Source: Gloeobacterales cyanobacterium (GTDB lineage Bacteria > Cyanobacteriota > Cyanobacteriia > Gloeobacterales > PMM-0068). From it: a stretch of 64,000 bases of DNA. The stretch's first letter is position 1. Each line of letters begins with the position of its first letter. Position numbers and translations under genes: made by a program. A model generated the notes under the pieces. It worked only from the letters and a program-made list of their open reading frames with translations, made no database searches and was not told the DNA's origin. Location: contig JBBRSB010000004.1 of assembly GCA_038245785.1 (NCBI GenBank), positions 111,961-175,960 of the forward strand. The letters are read 5' to 3'. Below are positions 32,035 through 42,047 of the stretch, piece after piece.

Positions 32035-32171
32035 AGGGAGATGTTCGCACCAGTGTGGTGCTCACTTTCCAAGAGAAGGATAAGTTTGACAGGCTAAGAA
32101 AGCCTGTTATCACCTTATCTGAGCACCTAGGCCAGCGACAAGAATTTCCTTATCTGCTTAACGAAATCCGC

Positions 32172-33251
32172 TTAGCGAATAAAGCGCATGGGGTTAACAG
32201 GAGTACCACCGATCCGCACTTCAAAATGGAGATGAGGACCTGTGCAATGGCCAGAACAGCCCCGAGCCATAATCACATCGCCTTGACGAACTCTTTGACC
32301 AACCCGAACAAAGACTTTGGAAGCGTGTGCATAGCGAGTCAAGGTATTGTCAGCATGCTGGATGTCCACCATCTGACCATAGCCAGAAAGCCGGATGCCG
32401 GCAGTAACGACGATGCCATCTTTAGCCGCCACTACGGGGGTTCCGATCGGACCAGCAATGTCTACCCCTGCGTGGAGACGCCCACCGCGCATACCAAAGC
32501 GAGAGAAGAGAACACCGGAAACAGGCTTGATAAAACGTTGGCCAGAACGGAAGGCTGTATCTTCCTTGGCGCTGGCTAGCTGGAAATCCTGTGCAGAGAA
32601 AGGCTGATTCTCAGCTCCTAGGATCGAAGCCTGTTTTTTCGCCAGTCGCTGCTGCGCTTCTTCCAGCAGAGCTTTTGGTCCCAGTCCCTGCGGTTCCTGC
32701 TGTGCTACTGGAGCTACGGTCGCTTCTGAAACTTCTTCCTGTTGGCTAATAGTTTCTTCTGTAGGCTTAGACTCTTGCGCTTTAGCCGCTAGACGCTGTT
32801 TCGCTTCTTCTAACAAAGCCTCTGCTTTAGCTTTGGAATCTTCCGCCGAATCTTCTGTAGTGGCTACTTTGCCAGGGATAATCAGGCGCTGCCCAGCTTT
32901 TAGCTGTTTGGACTTGAGGCGATTGGATTCGATCAATGCATAGGGAGAAGTTTGATAACGCTTCGCCACGCTAGCCAACGTATCACCGGAAACGACTATG
33001 TACGTTATTGCTGGAGTCTCCTCGACGGCGGATTCATCTTGGCTCTGATTCAGTGCCAAAAGTTCACTTTGCTGGGGGAGACGGACACCCAAAGTGCCAG
33101 CATTGCTGCCCTGATTCAGGAAGGTCAGACTGCTCAAGGCTAAAATGGATGTGAATAATCCTAAAAGTACGGGCTTGAGCGCTCCGTTGCTTGACTGCTT
33201 ATGTTGCTCTTCGGCTTCCGCTGTTTCGGGAGTCTGATTTTCGCAATGCAA
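32172..33251 (-). CDS. LysM + M23 peptidase (NlpD-like)
   Basis: LysM YIVVSGDTL; M23 HAGVD, YAH, GPHLHFE; duplicated linker ALLEEA.QRLA. Confidence 0.93.
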   Translation of the reverse strand: MHCENQTPETAEAEEQHKQSSNGALKPVLLGLFTSILALSSLTFLNQGSNAGTLGVRLPQQSELLALNQSQDESAVEETPAITYIVVSGDTLASVAKRYQTSPYALIESNRLKSKQLKAGQRLIIPGKVATTEDSAEDSKAKAEALLEEAKQRLAAKAQESKPTEETISQQEEVSEATVAPVAQQEPQGLGPKALLEEAQQRLAKKQASILGAENQPFSAQDFQLASAKEDTAFRSGQRFIKPVSGVLFSRFGMRGGRLHAGVDIAGPIGTPVVAAKDGIVVTAGIRLSGYGQMVDIQHADNTLTRYAHASKVFVRVGQRVRQGDVIMARGCSGHCTGPHLHFEVRIGGTPVNPMRFIR

Positions 33252-33494
33252 AACGTGGTCCTCTCACTAAGGGGTAGGGACGGACAAGCAGTCCAAATTT
33301 AAATAAGCTTTCAACGAGAGTACCCTAGAACGCTCTGTCAAACAACATACGTACAGGGGAGGCAAGACGGAAAATACTTAGTTGTCTGGGGGTACAACCC
33401 ACAGTATCCACAAGGAATAGAGCTAAAATCCCCTTTTTTCAGCATTTACCTACTACAGATAGTAATATTTCAAAAATCTTTAATTCAAAAAATG

Positions 33495-33510
33495 ACGTAA
33501 TCGATTACGT
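33495..33510. promoter_or_regulatory. perfect 16-bp palindrome upstream of the M23 gene
   Basis: ACGTAATCGATTACGT. Confidence 0.5.
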
Positions 33511-33691
33511 AAGAACGAAGCCTATTTGTATCTCATAATACATACGCTGCAAGGATTTCAGCTTTTCTTGAAGTTCCCATAAAGTATTCAGGGATACGGA
33601 TTTAATCCTATGGCTATGCACGCTTAAATCATTAATAGAGCAACAGGGAGTTCATATCCTCCGATCTTATACGTACTAATTCGGATAAGCG

Positions 33692-34477
33692 TCAAAATTC
33701 ACGGCGAGAAAAGATAGTAATAGCCCCACTCATAAATAGAGCAATATAAAGTATTCCTAAGGCCAAAGTGAATCCTATTTCAGTTAAATTTGGAGTAACG
33801 CCATAGATGCTTTCATTGCGAAAATTAAAGCGCTCTAAGTCAGGCAGAATGGTATAAACCACCCTAGTCAAGGTAGCAATATTTTCATTTTTAGCAATGG
33901 CTCCCAAGGCTAAGAGGTCTCTACTAAAATGACCAATGAGATAGAGAGAGAGGGTGAAGACAGAGGCCATCAAAGAGCTGGTAAACGTACCAAAGAAAAG
34001 AGCGGCTGCGATAATGACTAGGAGCTCCAGATAGTTCATCGCCACAGCCCAAACTATACTTTGCAGGGGCACAAATCCTGGGTCCACCTGAATGACGGTA
34101 AAGATAGCTAAGAGAAAGGCCAGAAACATGAGTCCGACCAAGACGGCCAGCACAGCTCCCAGTCCCAGATGTTTGCCAAGCAGCAGTTCACTCCGTTTCA
34201 GCGGTTTCGCAATCAAAACAAAGATAGTTCGTTTTTCGATTTCCTTATTAAGGAGGTTAGTCCCGACAAAAACAGCGACGACCAGGCCAAAGAGGCTAAT
34301 GGTAGCGAGTCCAGCATCTAGAATTAGTTTTACCGAAGAGCCCGCAGCCACTTCAGGAAGAAAACGGGTCCCTAAAAGCAAAATCACCGCGAAGAACAAA
34401 ATCACATAGAGAACGCGGTCCCGGATCGTTTCTTTAAACACGTTGGCTGCAATGGCAAAAATACGCTTTGGATTCAT
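33692..34477 (-). CDS. ABC-2 family permease
   Basis: FKETIRDRVL, EIEKRTI..LIAKPL.R, six TM segments. Confidence 0.88.
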   Translation of the reverse strand: MNPKRIFAIAANVFKETIRDRVLYVILFFAVILLLGTRFLPEVAAGSSVKLILDAGLATISLFGLVVAVFVGTNLLNKEIEKRTIFVLIAKPLKRSELLLGKHLGLGAVLAVLVGLMFLAFLLAIFTVIQVDPGFVPLQSIVWAVAMNYLELLVIIAAALFFGTFTSSLMASVFTLSLYLIGHFSRDLLALGAIAKNENIATLTRVVYTILPDLERFNFRNESIYGVTPNLTEIGFTLALGILYIALFMSGAITIFSRREF

Positions 34478-34568
34478 GGTCTTAGTATTGACTGTCTCTG
34501 GTTGGTCTTGGCTTTATCTTGAGGATGCCCTATAGTCCGTGAAAAAGTTCTACTGAGGTCATAAGGGA

Positions 34569-35552
34569 ATGAAAGTTTTGGTCACAGGTGGAGCTGGATA
34601 CATTGGCTCTCATGCAGTACGTAGGCTCAAGCAGGCAGGATTTGAAACTTTGGTGCTGGATAATCTAGTTTACGGCCATCGGGCTTTTGTGCCCGCCGAT
34701 GAGCTGATCATCGGGGATTTAGAAGACCGTGCTTTGTTGGAGCGGGTTTTTAATGATAATAAAATTGTCGCAGTGATGCACTTTGCGGCCTATGCCTATG
34801 TCGGCGAATCGGTAACAGCTCCAAGCAAGTACTATCGCAATAACGTATGCTCCACACTCAATCTTTTGGATGCCATGCAGAAGGCAGGAGTTCTGCAATT
34901 TATTTTCTCTTCCACCTGTGCCACCTATGGGGAACCTCAAGGCGGCCCGATTGCGGAAGACCATCCTCAGAATCCAATTAATCCCTACGGCCAGTCGAAG
35001 TTGATGGTGGAGCAAATTCTTAAAGACTATGACAAAGCCTATGGCCTCAAATCTATTCGCCTCCGCTACTTTAATGCAGCAGGGGCAGACCCATCGGGAG
35101 ACATTGGCGAAGACCACAACCCAGAGACGCATCTGATTCCGCTGGTCTTGGATGTAGCCCTCGGTCGCCGTCCGCACATCACGATTTTCGGAACCGACTA
35201 TCCAACTCCGGATGGGAGCTGCATTCGGGACTACATCCATGTTTCAGACCTCGCCGATGCCCATGTTCTAGGACTGGAGTATCTACGCAAGGGAGGCGAA
35301 AGCCAAGTATTCAATCTAGGCAATGGCAGTGGTTTCTCGGTGCGTGAAGTGATTGATATGGCCGAACAGGTCACCCAAAAGAAAATAGTGGTGGTAGAAG
35401 GCTCTCGACGAGAAGGTGACCCCGCCGTTTTGGTAGGCAGTAGCGAAAAAGTGAAAGCGTCGCTTGGTTGGAATCCACAGTACGCAGACCTCCACAACAT
35501 TGTTTCTACCGCTTGGGCTTGGCATCAGAAGCGGTTTGGGACGTCTTCATAA
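34569..35552 (+). CDS. galE: UDP-glucose 4-epimerase
   Basis: TGGAGYIGSH, YGQSK, LRYFNAAG, RDYIHV. Confidence 0.97.
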   Translation: MKVLVTGGAGYIGSHAVRRLKQAGFETLVLDNLVYGHRAFVPADELIIGDLEDRALLERVFNDNKIVAVMHFAAYAYVGESVTAPSKYYRNNVCSTLNLLDAMQKAGVLQFIFSSTCATYGEPQGGPIAEDHPQNPINPYGQSKLMVEQILKDYDKAYGLKSIRLRYFNAAGADPSGDIGEDHNPETHLIPLVLDVALGRRPHITIFGTDYPTPDGSCIRDYIHVSDLADAHVLGLEYLRKGGESQVFNLGNGSGFSVREVIDMAEQVTQKKIVVVEGSRREGDPAVLVGSSEKVKASLGWNPQYADLHNIVSTAWAWHQKRFGTSS

Positions 35553-35630
35553 GGCGATGCCTATGCTCATTTCCAGGGTTACAAGAGTTAAATGGTAAAG
35601 ATACGTAAATTGCTGGAAGGGTTGGGGTTT

Positions 35631-36791
35631 ATGTCTGGCTACCAGTTCGAGTGGCTTGATTCGCTCTTGAATATTCTACCAGCTGACTGGGACCGCCTAG
35701 TAGGTCACCGTTCTCCTTTTCTGGAATGGGCTTGGCTGGCGAGTTTAGAGAAGGCAGGTTGTGTTTCGGCCCGTGAGGGCTGGCAGCCCTGCCATTTAGT
35801 CGTGCGCAGGGGCAAGCAGCTGGTAGCCGCAGCCCCTCTCTATCTCAAAAGCCACAGCCGAGGAGAATTTGTCTTCGACCAATCCTGGGCTGAACTAGCG
35901 CAGTATCAATTAGGGGTCCGCTACTATCCAAAGCTGATTGGGGCCATTCCCTTTACACCTGCCGTAGGCTACGAATTTCTAATCGCCGAAGATGAGGACC
36001 CTGATATCCTGACGCCTTTGATGATCGAGGCCATTGACCAGTTCAGTCGTAAAACGAGATGTTCTTGTACGAGTTTTCTCTTTACCGAGGAAAAGTTTCG
36101 TCAGCGTTTAGAAGCCCTAGATTTCATTCCACGCATTGATTTCAACTATCAATGGAGTAATGCTAACTACAAAGATTTTGATGATTTCTTGAGCGTTTTT
36201 AATGCGAACCAACGCAAAAATATTCGTCGAGAACGTCGAGAGATGAAAGATATAGGCTTAGAAATTCGCTGCTTTACCGGAGATTCTATCCCAGATGGCT
36301 ATTATCGACGCATGTATGATTTCTACTCAGATACCTGCCGGAAATTTAGCAACTGGAGTAAATATCTAAATCGTAAGTTTTTTGATTTACTAGATGATTC
36401 CTTCCGTCATCGCACCGCTTTTTTCGCAGCGCTGCATGGCTCAGAGCCGATTGGAATGTCCTTCTGTGTCTTTAAGGAAGAGCAGATGTATGGAAGGATC
36501 TGGGGAGCCTACGAGGATATTAAATTCCTGCATTTCAACCTGTGTTACTACGAGACTATAGATTGGGCGATCAGCCATGGTATTAAACGTTTGGACCCTG
36601 GTACGGGAGGGCAACATAAACATAAGAGAGGATTTCCTGCCACACCCACCTATAGCCTTCATCGTATTTACAACGGCAGTTTAAAAGACATTATTCAGAA
36701 CCATCTTATCGAACGAGCCAATCCTTATTACCTGGAACAATTGGTCTTGTTGAATGAGACTTTGCCGATGAAAGGGTGGGGTGGTTCGTAA
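35631..36791 (+). CDS. FemAB-like GNAT family protein (DUF482)
   Basis: YLKSHSRGEFVFD, YYPKL...PFTP, LHFNLCYY, G.HK..RGF. Confidence 0.9.
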   Translation: MSGYQFEWLDSLLNILPADWDRLVGHRSPFLEWAWLASLEKAGCVSAREGWQPCHLVVRRGKQLVAAAPLYLKSHSRGEFVFDQSWAELAQYQLGVRYYPKLIGAIPFTPAVGYEFLIAEDEDPDILTPLMIEAIDQFSRKTRCSCTSFLFTEEKFRQRLEALDFIPRIDFNYQWSNANYKDFDDFLSVFNANQRKNIRRERREMKDIGLEIRCFTGDSIPDGYYRRMYDFYSDTCRKFSNWSKYLNRKFFDLLDDSFRHRTAFFAALHGSEPIGMSFCVFKEEQMYGRIWGAYEDIKFLHFNLCYYETIDWAISHGIKRLDPGTGGQHKHKRGFPATPTYSLHRIYNGSLKDIIQNHLIERANPYYLEQLVLLNETLPMKGWGGS

Positions 36792-36792
36792 A

Positions 36793-36943
36793 TTAGCTCC
36801 CTCCAAGCTAATAAGAGCTCCAAGCCTTCAAGGGTTTAGCTCCCCTTTAGAGGTTATCCTAACGACTTGTGCGTAATGGATAGCCTCTAAAGGGAGATGT
36901 CTCCTTGGCAAAGCCCGCCGTAAGCATAGGGGCTGAGGGGTTA
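36793..36943 (+). other. long imperfect hairpin filling the space between convergent genes
   Basis: Core stem 36840-36859 / 36878-36896, extended by outer helices with U-G wobbles on the + strand. Confidence 0.6.
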
Positions 36944-37423
36944 CTGCAAGGGGCTCAACATTTGACGATTCAATTCCCAGAAGGGATTGATTAGGGCGGT
37001 GGCTGTTTTGCCTAATTTTTCTTGGGTTACTTCCTGGATGATTGCATAGGTTGCTTCACAGGCAGGGAGAGCATTGTAGGACTTCATGATGGTAGAAAAC
37101 CAGTACAATAGCGTGTCCTGAAGCCATGCAGGGTCATTGATCAACATGGCGTTAGAGGTGTAGCAATATACTCGCTTGGTATCCCGCTGCCACTTGGCTC
37201 TCAAGTCTTTTGAGTTGTCAGGATATTTTAGAAGAGAAGGGTCTCTAGCGACTAAACGCGCGTAGACCTCATCAATAATTTCTTTCTCATATTCCTGAAG
37301 CGCCCGATAGGTGCTAATCCGCTCAGGGACAGAGGAAACATACTGGTCGATGATACCGCGCCGACTTGAAGGGAGATAAGAACCATCTGACTCTAAGACC
37401 ATTTGTTCAAAGGTAGTGATCAA
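36941..37423 (-). CDS. phycobiliprotein-fold protein lacking the canonical bilin Cys
   Basis: ESDGSY N-terminus, AKWQRD in place of the C..RD motif, AMLIND..WLQD.LLYW; GGAGG then TTG at 37423. Confidence 0.8.
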   Translation of the reverse strand: MITTFEQMVLESDGSYLPSSRRGIIDQYVSSVPERISTYRALQEYEKEIIDEVYARLVARDPSLLKYPDNSKDLRAKWQRDTKRVYCYTSNAMLINDPAWLQDTLLYWFSTIMKSYNALPACEATYAIIQEVTQEKLGKTATALINPFWELNRQMLSPLQ

Positions 37424-37449
37424 AACGCCCTCCGCGAGCACTCATTCTG

Positions 37450-37467
37450 TTTACATTACTTAAGATT
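37450..37467. promoter_or_regulatory. HLR1 (RpaB)-like direct repeat
   Basis: TTTACATT-AC-TTAAGATT with 10-nt period; two mismatches to consensus. Confidence 0.4.
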
Positions 37468-37573
37468 CCCGTTCAGAAATCTGGTCTACCAATCAGGCGC
37501 AGTATTTTTTTGATTGGATAGTAGTGTAGAAAACACGAGCATATTTAAGCCAGTCTAGAAAGGAGTCAAACGC

Positions 37574-38266
37574 TTGTCTTTTGTGGTGATGACCCTCTTG
37601 GTGCTACTCTTCGCGACGGTCCATAGTGGCCTTGCTGCGCTCAGATTACCGATAGAAAAGCGTATCGGAGCTAGGGTTTATCGAATTCTGTTCGCCCTCT
37701 CCAGCATTGGTTTAGCCATCCCCATGCTCATCTACTACTTCAATCATCGCTATGACGGTTGGCAGCTCTGGCTTTTACAAGACAGTGCACTGGTCAAAAG
37801 CTTTGTGCTCGGACTTGCCGCTTTTTCTTTTTTGTTTTTATACCCAGCCACCTTCAATTTGTTGGAAGTCGCAGCGATCAACGAGCCGAAGGTTCGTATT
37901 TATGAAACAGGGATTACCCGTATTACCCGCCATCCCCAACTGACGGGGATGTTTTTGTGGAATGTAGCCCATGTGCTCTGGATGGGCAGTGGTTTTGCCC
38001 TGTGGACCGGGATTTTGCTAACGGGTTATCACGCTTTTGCGGTTTGGCATGGAGACCGACGCTTGAAAATCCGCTATGGCAGGGCTTTTGAGGAATTCAA
38101 AAATCGCACTTCAGTTTTGCCTTTTATCGCTATTTTTCAGGGCCGTCAAGCTTTGGTGCTGACAGAATTTTTGCGCCCTGCCTATCTAGGCATTGCTATT
38201 TTTGTATTTTTGACGTTTTGGGCACATCCTTGGCTCATTGAGACTTTCGCTCAAACAGGTTGGTGA
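37574..38266 (+). CDS. NnrU family protein, probable 15-cis-zeta-carotene isomerase (Z-ISO)
   Basis: FATVHSGLAALR, NHRYDG, YPATFNLLE, ITRHPQ, WHGDRRL. Confidence 0.88.
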   Translation: MSFVVMTLLVLLFATVHSGLAALRLPIEKRIGARVYRILFALSSIGLAIPMLIYYFNHRYDGWQLWLLQDSALVKSFVLGLAAFSFLFLYPATFNLLEVAAINEPKVRIYETGITRITRHPQLTGMFLWNVAHVLWMGSGFALWTGILLTGYHAFAVWHGDRRLKIRYGRAFEEFKNRTSVLPFIAIFQGRQALVLTEFLRPAYLGIAIFVFLTFWAHPWLIETFAQTGW

Positions 38267-38339
38267 CTGAATATATCTTTTGAATATTGATAGTCAATGA
38301 TTACTATAGATAGTATGCAACATCATTTTCTCCTCGCTC

Positions 38340-38732
38340 ATGGTCAATCAGCTAGCTAATTGGAGAGCACGCATCGCTCAAACAGATAAAAAATTATCTG
38401 CGCGTCATATTGATTTGGATCCTGCGGGATACTTTCTTATTTACATCGACCGTGAGAATGGTCTCATCTGTGCAGACCATTACGCTATTGTTGTAGATAA
38501 GCGAGGATTGGCGATAGATCCTGATACAGGTAAACCCTTATCTGCCAAAGGGCCTACCAAAAACGAACTGATTGCCCGATACAAGGGGCCCAGTGCCAAA
38601 GCCCTATGCGTTGAGATTTTTGAGCAGGGAAAAAATACAATTACCCATTTCAACCATGCAGCTTATTTAGGGAGAGAATTCCAACGAGCGGAGTTTGCTT
38701 TGGTAACTGGCAAAGAGTACGTCCAAGATTAG
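38340..38732 (+). CDS. DUF4346 domain protein
   Basis: LDPAGYFLIY, HAAYLGRE, YVQD. Confidence 0.88.
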   Translation: MVNQLANWRARIAQTDKKLSARHIDLDPAGYFLIYIDRENGLICADHYAIVVDKRGLAIDPDTGKPLSAKGPTKNELIARYKGPSAKALCVEIFEQGKNTITHFNHAAYLGREFQRAEFALVTGKEYVQD

Positions 38733-38742
38733 GGAGGGAAGT

Positions 38743-39066
38743 GTGGTGGATTGTCCTCGCTGTGGCACCCCGACCTCCAATCGAATCTTAAATTGTCAAA
38801 ACTGTGGCTACAGCTTGGAGCCCTATGGCGCTTTCAAGCCGGAACTGGTTTCAGGCAGCAAGATTCTATGTACTAGCTGCCGATACGACCGAGATGATTC
38901 TTGTACATTCCCAGACCGTCCTCAGGCGACGCGCTGCACCTTGTATCGCTCTATCGATGAGCTTGCCCCTGTAGCCTACCGACCTCGTTTTAAGTTGAGC
39001 AACTACATTTGGGTGTTTGTGTTGGGTGGGCTTCTCCTGGTAAGTGTAGGATTGACCTTACGATGA
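38743..39066 (+). CDS. zinc-ribbon membrane-anchored protein
   Basis: CPRC, CQNC, C..C..D.DDSC.FP.RP.A..C; C-terminal TM segment. Confidence 0.75.
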   Translation: MVDCPRCGTPTSNRILNCQNCGYSLEPYGAFKPELVSGSKILCTSCRYDRDDSCTFPDRPQATRCTLYRSIDELAPVAYRPRFKLSNYIWVFVLGGLLLVSVGLTLR

Positions 39067-39947
39067 CCGATTTATTTGAACTAGCCCTAGAAGTTGCTCC
39101 CGACCTGGAAGAGCTGGTCACTATCCGCTTAGAGGCCCTGGGCAGTCAGGGGGTTGTTAGTGAGCAGGTCTCAGGCCAAGAAAACCTCTGGGTAAAGGGC
39201 TATTTTACAGAAGCCCCCGATGAGGCCACGTTGCAATCGCTAGAAGAACAATTGGTTGAAGATGCGGAAAGCTTGTTAGTGCCTGTTCCCACGCTTAAAA
39301 CCCAACTGGTTCGGGAAGAAGACTGGGCTACGGCTTGGCAGCAATATTGGCATCCCCGGCCCGTGGGTGAACGTTTTCTGGTCTGTCCTGTTTGGGAAAC
39401 CCCTCCGCCAGAATACAAAAATCGTCTCCTGATTCGGATTGACCCTGGTTTTGCCTTTGGCACAGGAGAGCACAGCACTACCCGCCTTTGCTTGGTCGGG
39501 CTGGAACAGTTGCTGACGGAAGGTCCCGTTGCTACCGTAGCTGACGTTGGCTGCGGCTCTGGCATTTTGGCCCTAGGAGCGCTCCTTCTGGAAGTACCGA
39601 AGGTGATTGCGGTGGATATTGACCCTCTGGCGGTCAAGGCTACTCAAATCAATCTTGAAGAAGCTGGGTTCGCACACCAAGCTACGGTTTTTGTGGGCAG
39701 TGCGGAGGATGTATTGAAGCTGGGTACTCCCGTAGATGGTTTAGTCTGCAATATTCTGGCCGACGTGATTTGTCAGATTGCTGAGGACCTCACAGCACTA
39801 GTCAAGCCTGGAGGCTGGGGACTTTTTAGTGGTTTGCTCACGACCCAAGCAGCGATGGTGCTGGAGCGTTTAGAGCCTCTAGGCTGGCATCGAGAATGCA
39901 CCTTATCTGAAGAACCATGGGCCGCCTTGATTCTGCACAAAATTTAG
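39063..39947 (+). CDS. prmA: ribosomal protein L11 methyltransferase
   Basis: EEDW, DPGFAFGTGEH.TT, DVGCGSGIL, NILA. Confidence 0.96.
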   Translation: MTDLFELALEVAPDLEELVTIRLEALGSQGVVSEQVSGQENLWVKGYFTEAPDEATLQSLEEQLVEDAESLLVPVPTLKTQLVREEDWATAWQQYWHPRPVGERFLVCPVWETPPPEYKNRLLIRIDPGFAFGTGEHSTTRLCLVGLEQLLTEGPVATVADVGCGSGILALGALLLEVPKVIAVDIDPLAVKATQINLEEAGFAHQATVFVGSAEDVLKLGTPVDGLVCNILADVICQIAEDLTALVKPGGWGLFSGLLTTQAAMVLERLEPLGWHRECTLSEEPWAALILHKI

Positions 39948-40666
39948 CGCGCCTCTTCTGTGAACCTCAACAGTTTACGGAAGAGACTTTACAGTTGGAA
40001 GCAGCCCAAGTGCATTACTTGAAACGGGTTTTGCGGCTTTCGGTCGGGAACATGTTCATCGCGTTGGATGGACGGGGGGGATGTTGGAAAGCCGTTTTAG
40101 AAGGTACTCAAGCTCGTTTAGTTGAAAATCTAGAAAGTGTCGTAGAAGCGCCCTTTCCCATTGCCTTGGCCTGCGGAATTCCGAAAGGTGAACGGATGGA
40201 TTGGTTGGTGCAAAAGGCCGTGGAGCTGGGCATCCATGACCTCTATCCGCTGGTCACCACCCGCACCGTAGTCTCAGATCCTTCACCCCATAAGGTCCAA
40301 CGCTGGGGAGTGATTGCGAAAGAAGCGGCGGAGCAGTCTGAGCGTTCCCTGCTGCCCAAGGTTCATCCCGTCCAGTCTGGGGCTGATTTTCTTAGTTCTG
40401 TTTCCACAGCCATGGGCCAAGATAGATTAAAAGTCATTTGTTTAGCGAGAGGGGCGCAGAGCAGTTTGGGAAGCATTCTAAAAGCGCAGGGGCCTAGGCC
40501 TATCCTCCTCCTTACGGGACCGGAAGGAGGCTTTACGACCCAAGAAATTGAACAGGCCCAGCAGCAGGGGTTCATTTCAGCCCACTTAGGACCCCGTATT
40601 CTTCGGGCAGAGACTGCTCCACTGGTAGCCCTGAGCTTATTACTAGAGACCTATGAGACGTATTGA
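39917..40666 (+). CDS. rsmE: 16S rRNA m3U1498 methyltransferase (start uncertain)
   Basis: HYLKRVLRL, QKAVELG, EAAEQSER, GPEGGF, LGPRILRAETA. Confidence 0.96.
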   Translation: MGRLDSAQNLARLFCEPQQFTEETLQLEAAQVHYLKRVLRLSVGNMFIALDGRGGCWKAVLEGTQARLVENLESVVEAPFPIALACGIPKGERMDWLVQKAVELGIHDLYPLVTTRTVVSDPSPHKVQRWGVIAKEAAEQSERSLLPKVHPVQSGADFLSSVSTAMGQDRLKVICLARGAQSSLGSILKAQGPRPILLLTGPEGGFTTQEIEQAQQQGFISAHLGPRILRAETAPLVALSLLLETYETY

Positions 40667-41327
40667 CGCATCGGGTATCGGGGCCTTGCTGGTCGGTGTG
40701 ACGACGCTGGTGATTACCTTTGGGCCATTGCTAGGCATCTCTCCCTGGTTACCTGCCGCTTTTATCGTAATAGTGGGAGGGGCTTTAGTCCTCGACCAAT
40801 TTCTATTTCAATCTCGCCATATGCGTCTACTTTTCGGCCTGCTCCAAGAGCTTATGCCCGAGCATAAAAGTAGAGTGTTGCACCATGAAGCTGGGCATTT
40901 TCTGGTCAGTCATTTAGTTGGCATCAAGATTGTTGACTACAGCCTCAACGCCTGGGACATATATCAAAAGGGCGATATGGGCAGTGGAGGCGTAGTTCCT
41001 GATGAAGAATCCATTAGGGCATATACCGAAAGCGCCCCTTGGAGTAAGGTCGAGCAATACTGTGTGGCAATGATGGCAGGACCTGCGGCAGAAGACAGAG
41101 TTTTTGATTCTGTCTGGGGCGGCAGTGATGACTTGGCAAAAGTCCGCCTCTGTTTACAGCAGGCCAAGAAAAACCCTGACTTGTACCGGCTTTATGTGAC
41201 CCGTGCCCATGATTTGTTAGAAAGCCATCAAGCTATCTATACGCAGCTAGTGACGTTAATGTCTAAAAAGACGCCTGTTGAGGAGTGCCTAGCCTTTTTG
41301 AAAGGTTCACTCCATTTGTGTGACTAA
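40653..41327 (+). CDS. M41/FtsH-protease-domain-like membrane protein
   Basis: HEAGHFLV, MAG.AAE, GG.DD; no AAA domain. Confidence 0.8.
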   Translation: MRRIDASGIGALLVGVTTLVITFGPLLGISPWLPAAFIVIVGGALVLDQFLFQSRHMRLLFGLLQELMPEHKSRVLHHEAGHFLVSHLVGIKIVDYSLNAWDIYQKGDMGSGGVVPDEESIRAYTESAPWSKVEQYCVAMMAGPAAEDRVFDSVWGGSDDLAKVRLCLQQAKKNPDLYRLYVTRAHDLLESHQAIYTQLVTLMSKKTPVEECLAFLKGSLHLCD

Positions 41328-41366
41328 ACAGGAATTTATTGACCGGAAATCCCTCTATGCTAAATA

Positions 41367-41386
41367 TATAACGAGTGTTCGATATA
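41367..41386. promoter_or_regulatory. putative operator for the TetR-devBCA operon
   Basis: TATAACGA-GTGT-TCGATATA near-perfect inverted repeat upstream of tetR. Confidence 0.6.
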
Positions 41387-41453
41387 AAATGTTCAAGAGC
41401 AATTGATTTTACTTGGATCTTGATCGAGCCTTCAATACGGACAGGTTTTGACC

Positions 41454-42047
41454 ATGCCTAAAATTGTTGATCATGCACAATACCGTAAAGAACTTCTAAG
41501 CCAATGCTTTGGCCTCTTTGCTGAGAAAGGATACGCTTCAATTACGATGCGGCAAATTGCTGAAGGGCTTGGCGTTTCCACAGGCACGCTCTATCACTAT
41601 TTCCCCAGTAAAAAAGACCTCTTTGAACAGCTTGTCGATCACTTGAGCCAGCAAGATATTCTAACCATTGCTGTTGAATTGGAGGGAACACAAACCCTGC
41701 AAGAACGGCTTGACGTTTTAGCCGGTTTTCTTACCAAAAATGAGGATTACTTTCTCCAACAGATTCATGTCTGGATGGACTTCTGTCAGCATGAAGATTT
41801 CAAAAATATGGGTGATAGCCCTATTCTGCACATAGCTGATCAACGCTATCAGCAGGCTGTATCTGATTTCTTAGGCATTTCAGATCCTCTACTCATTCGC
41901 TTTATCTTGAGCTTTATTGATGGGGTAATTTTACATCGAATATTTGGCTATGAAGGCGTTTCTTTTTCGGAACAAATTACTCTGTTAGGGAAGATGCTAA
42001 TTGCTTACCTAGAACATCCACATAACACTGAAAAGGAAAAAATATGA
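41454..42047 (+). CDS. TetR/AcrR regulator
   Basis: MPKIVDH, TMRQIA..LGVSTGTLYHYF. Confidence 0.93.
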   Translation: MPKIVDHAQYRKELLSQCFGLFAEKGYASITMRQIAEGLGVSTGTLYHYFPSKKDLFEQLVDHLSQQDILTIAVELEGTQTLQERLDVLAGFLTKNEDYFLQQIHVWMDFCQHEDFKNMGDSPILHIADQRYQQAVSDFLGISDPLLIRFILSFIDGVILHRIFGYEGVSFSEQITLLGKMLIAYLEHPHNTEKEKI

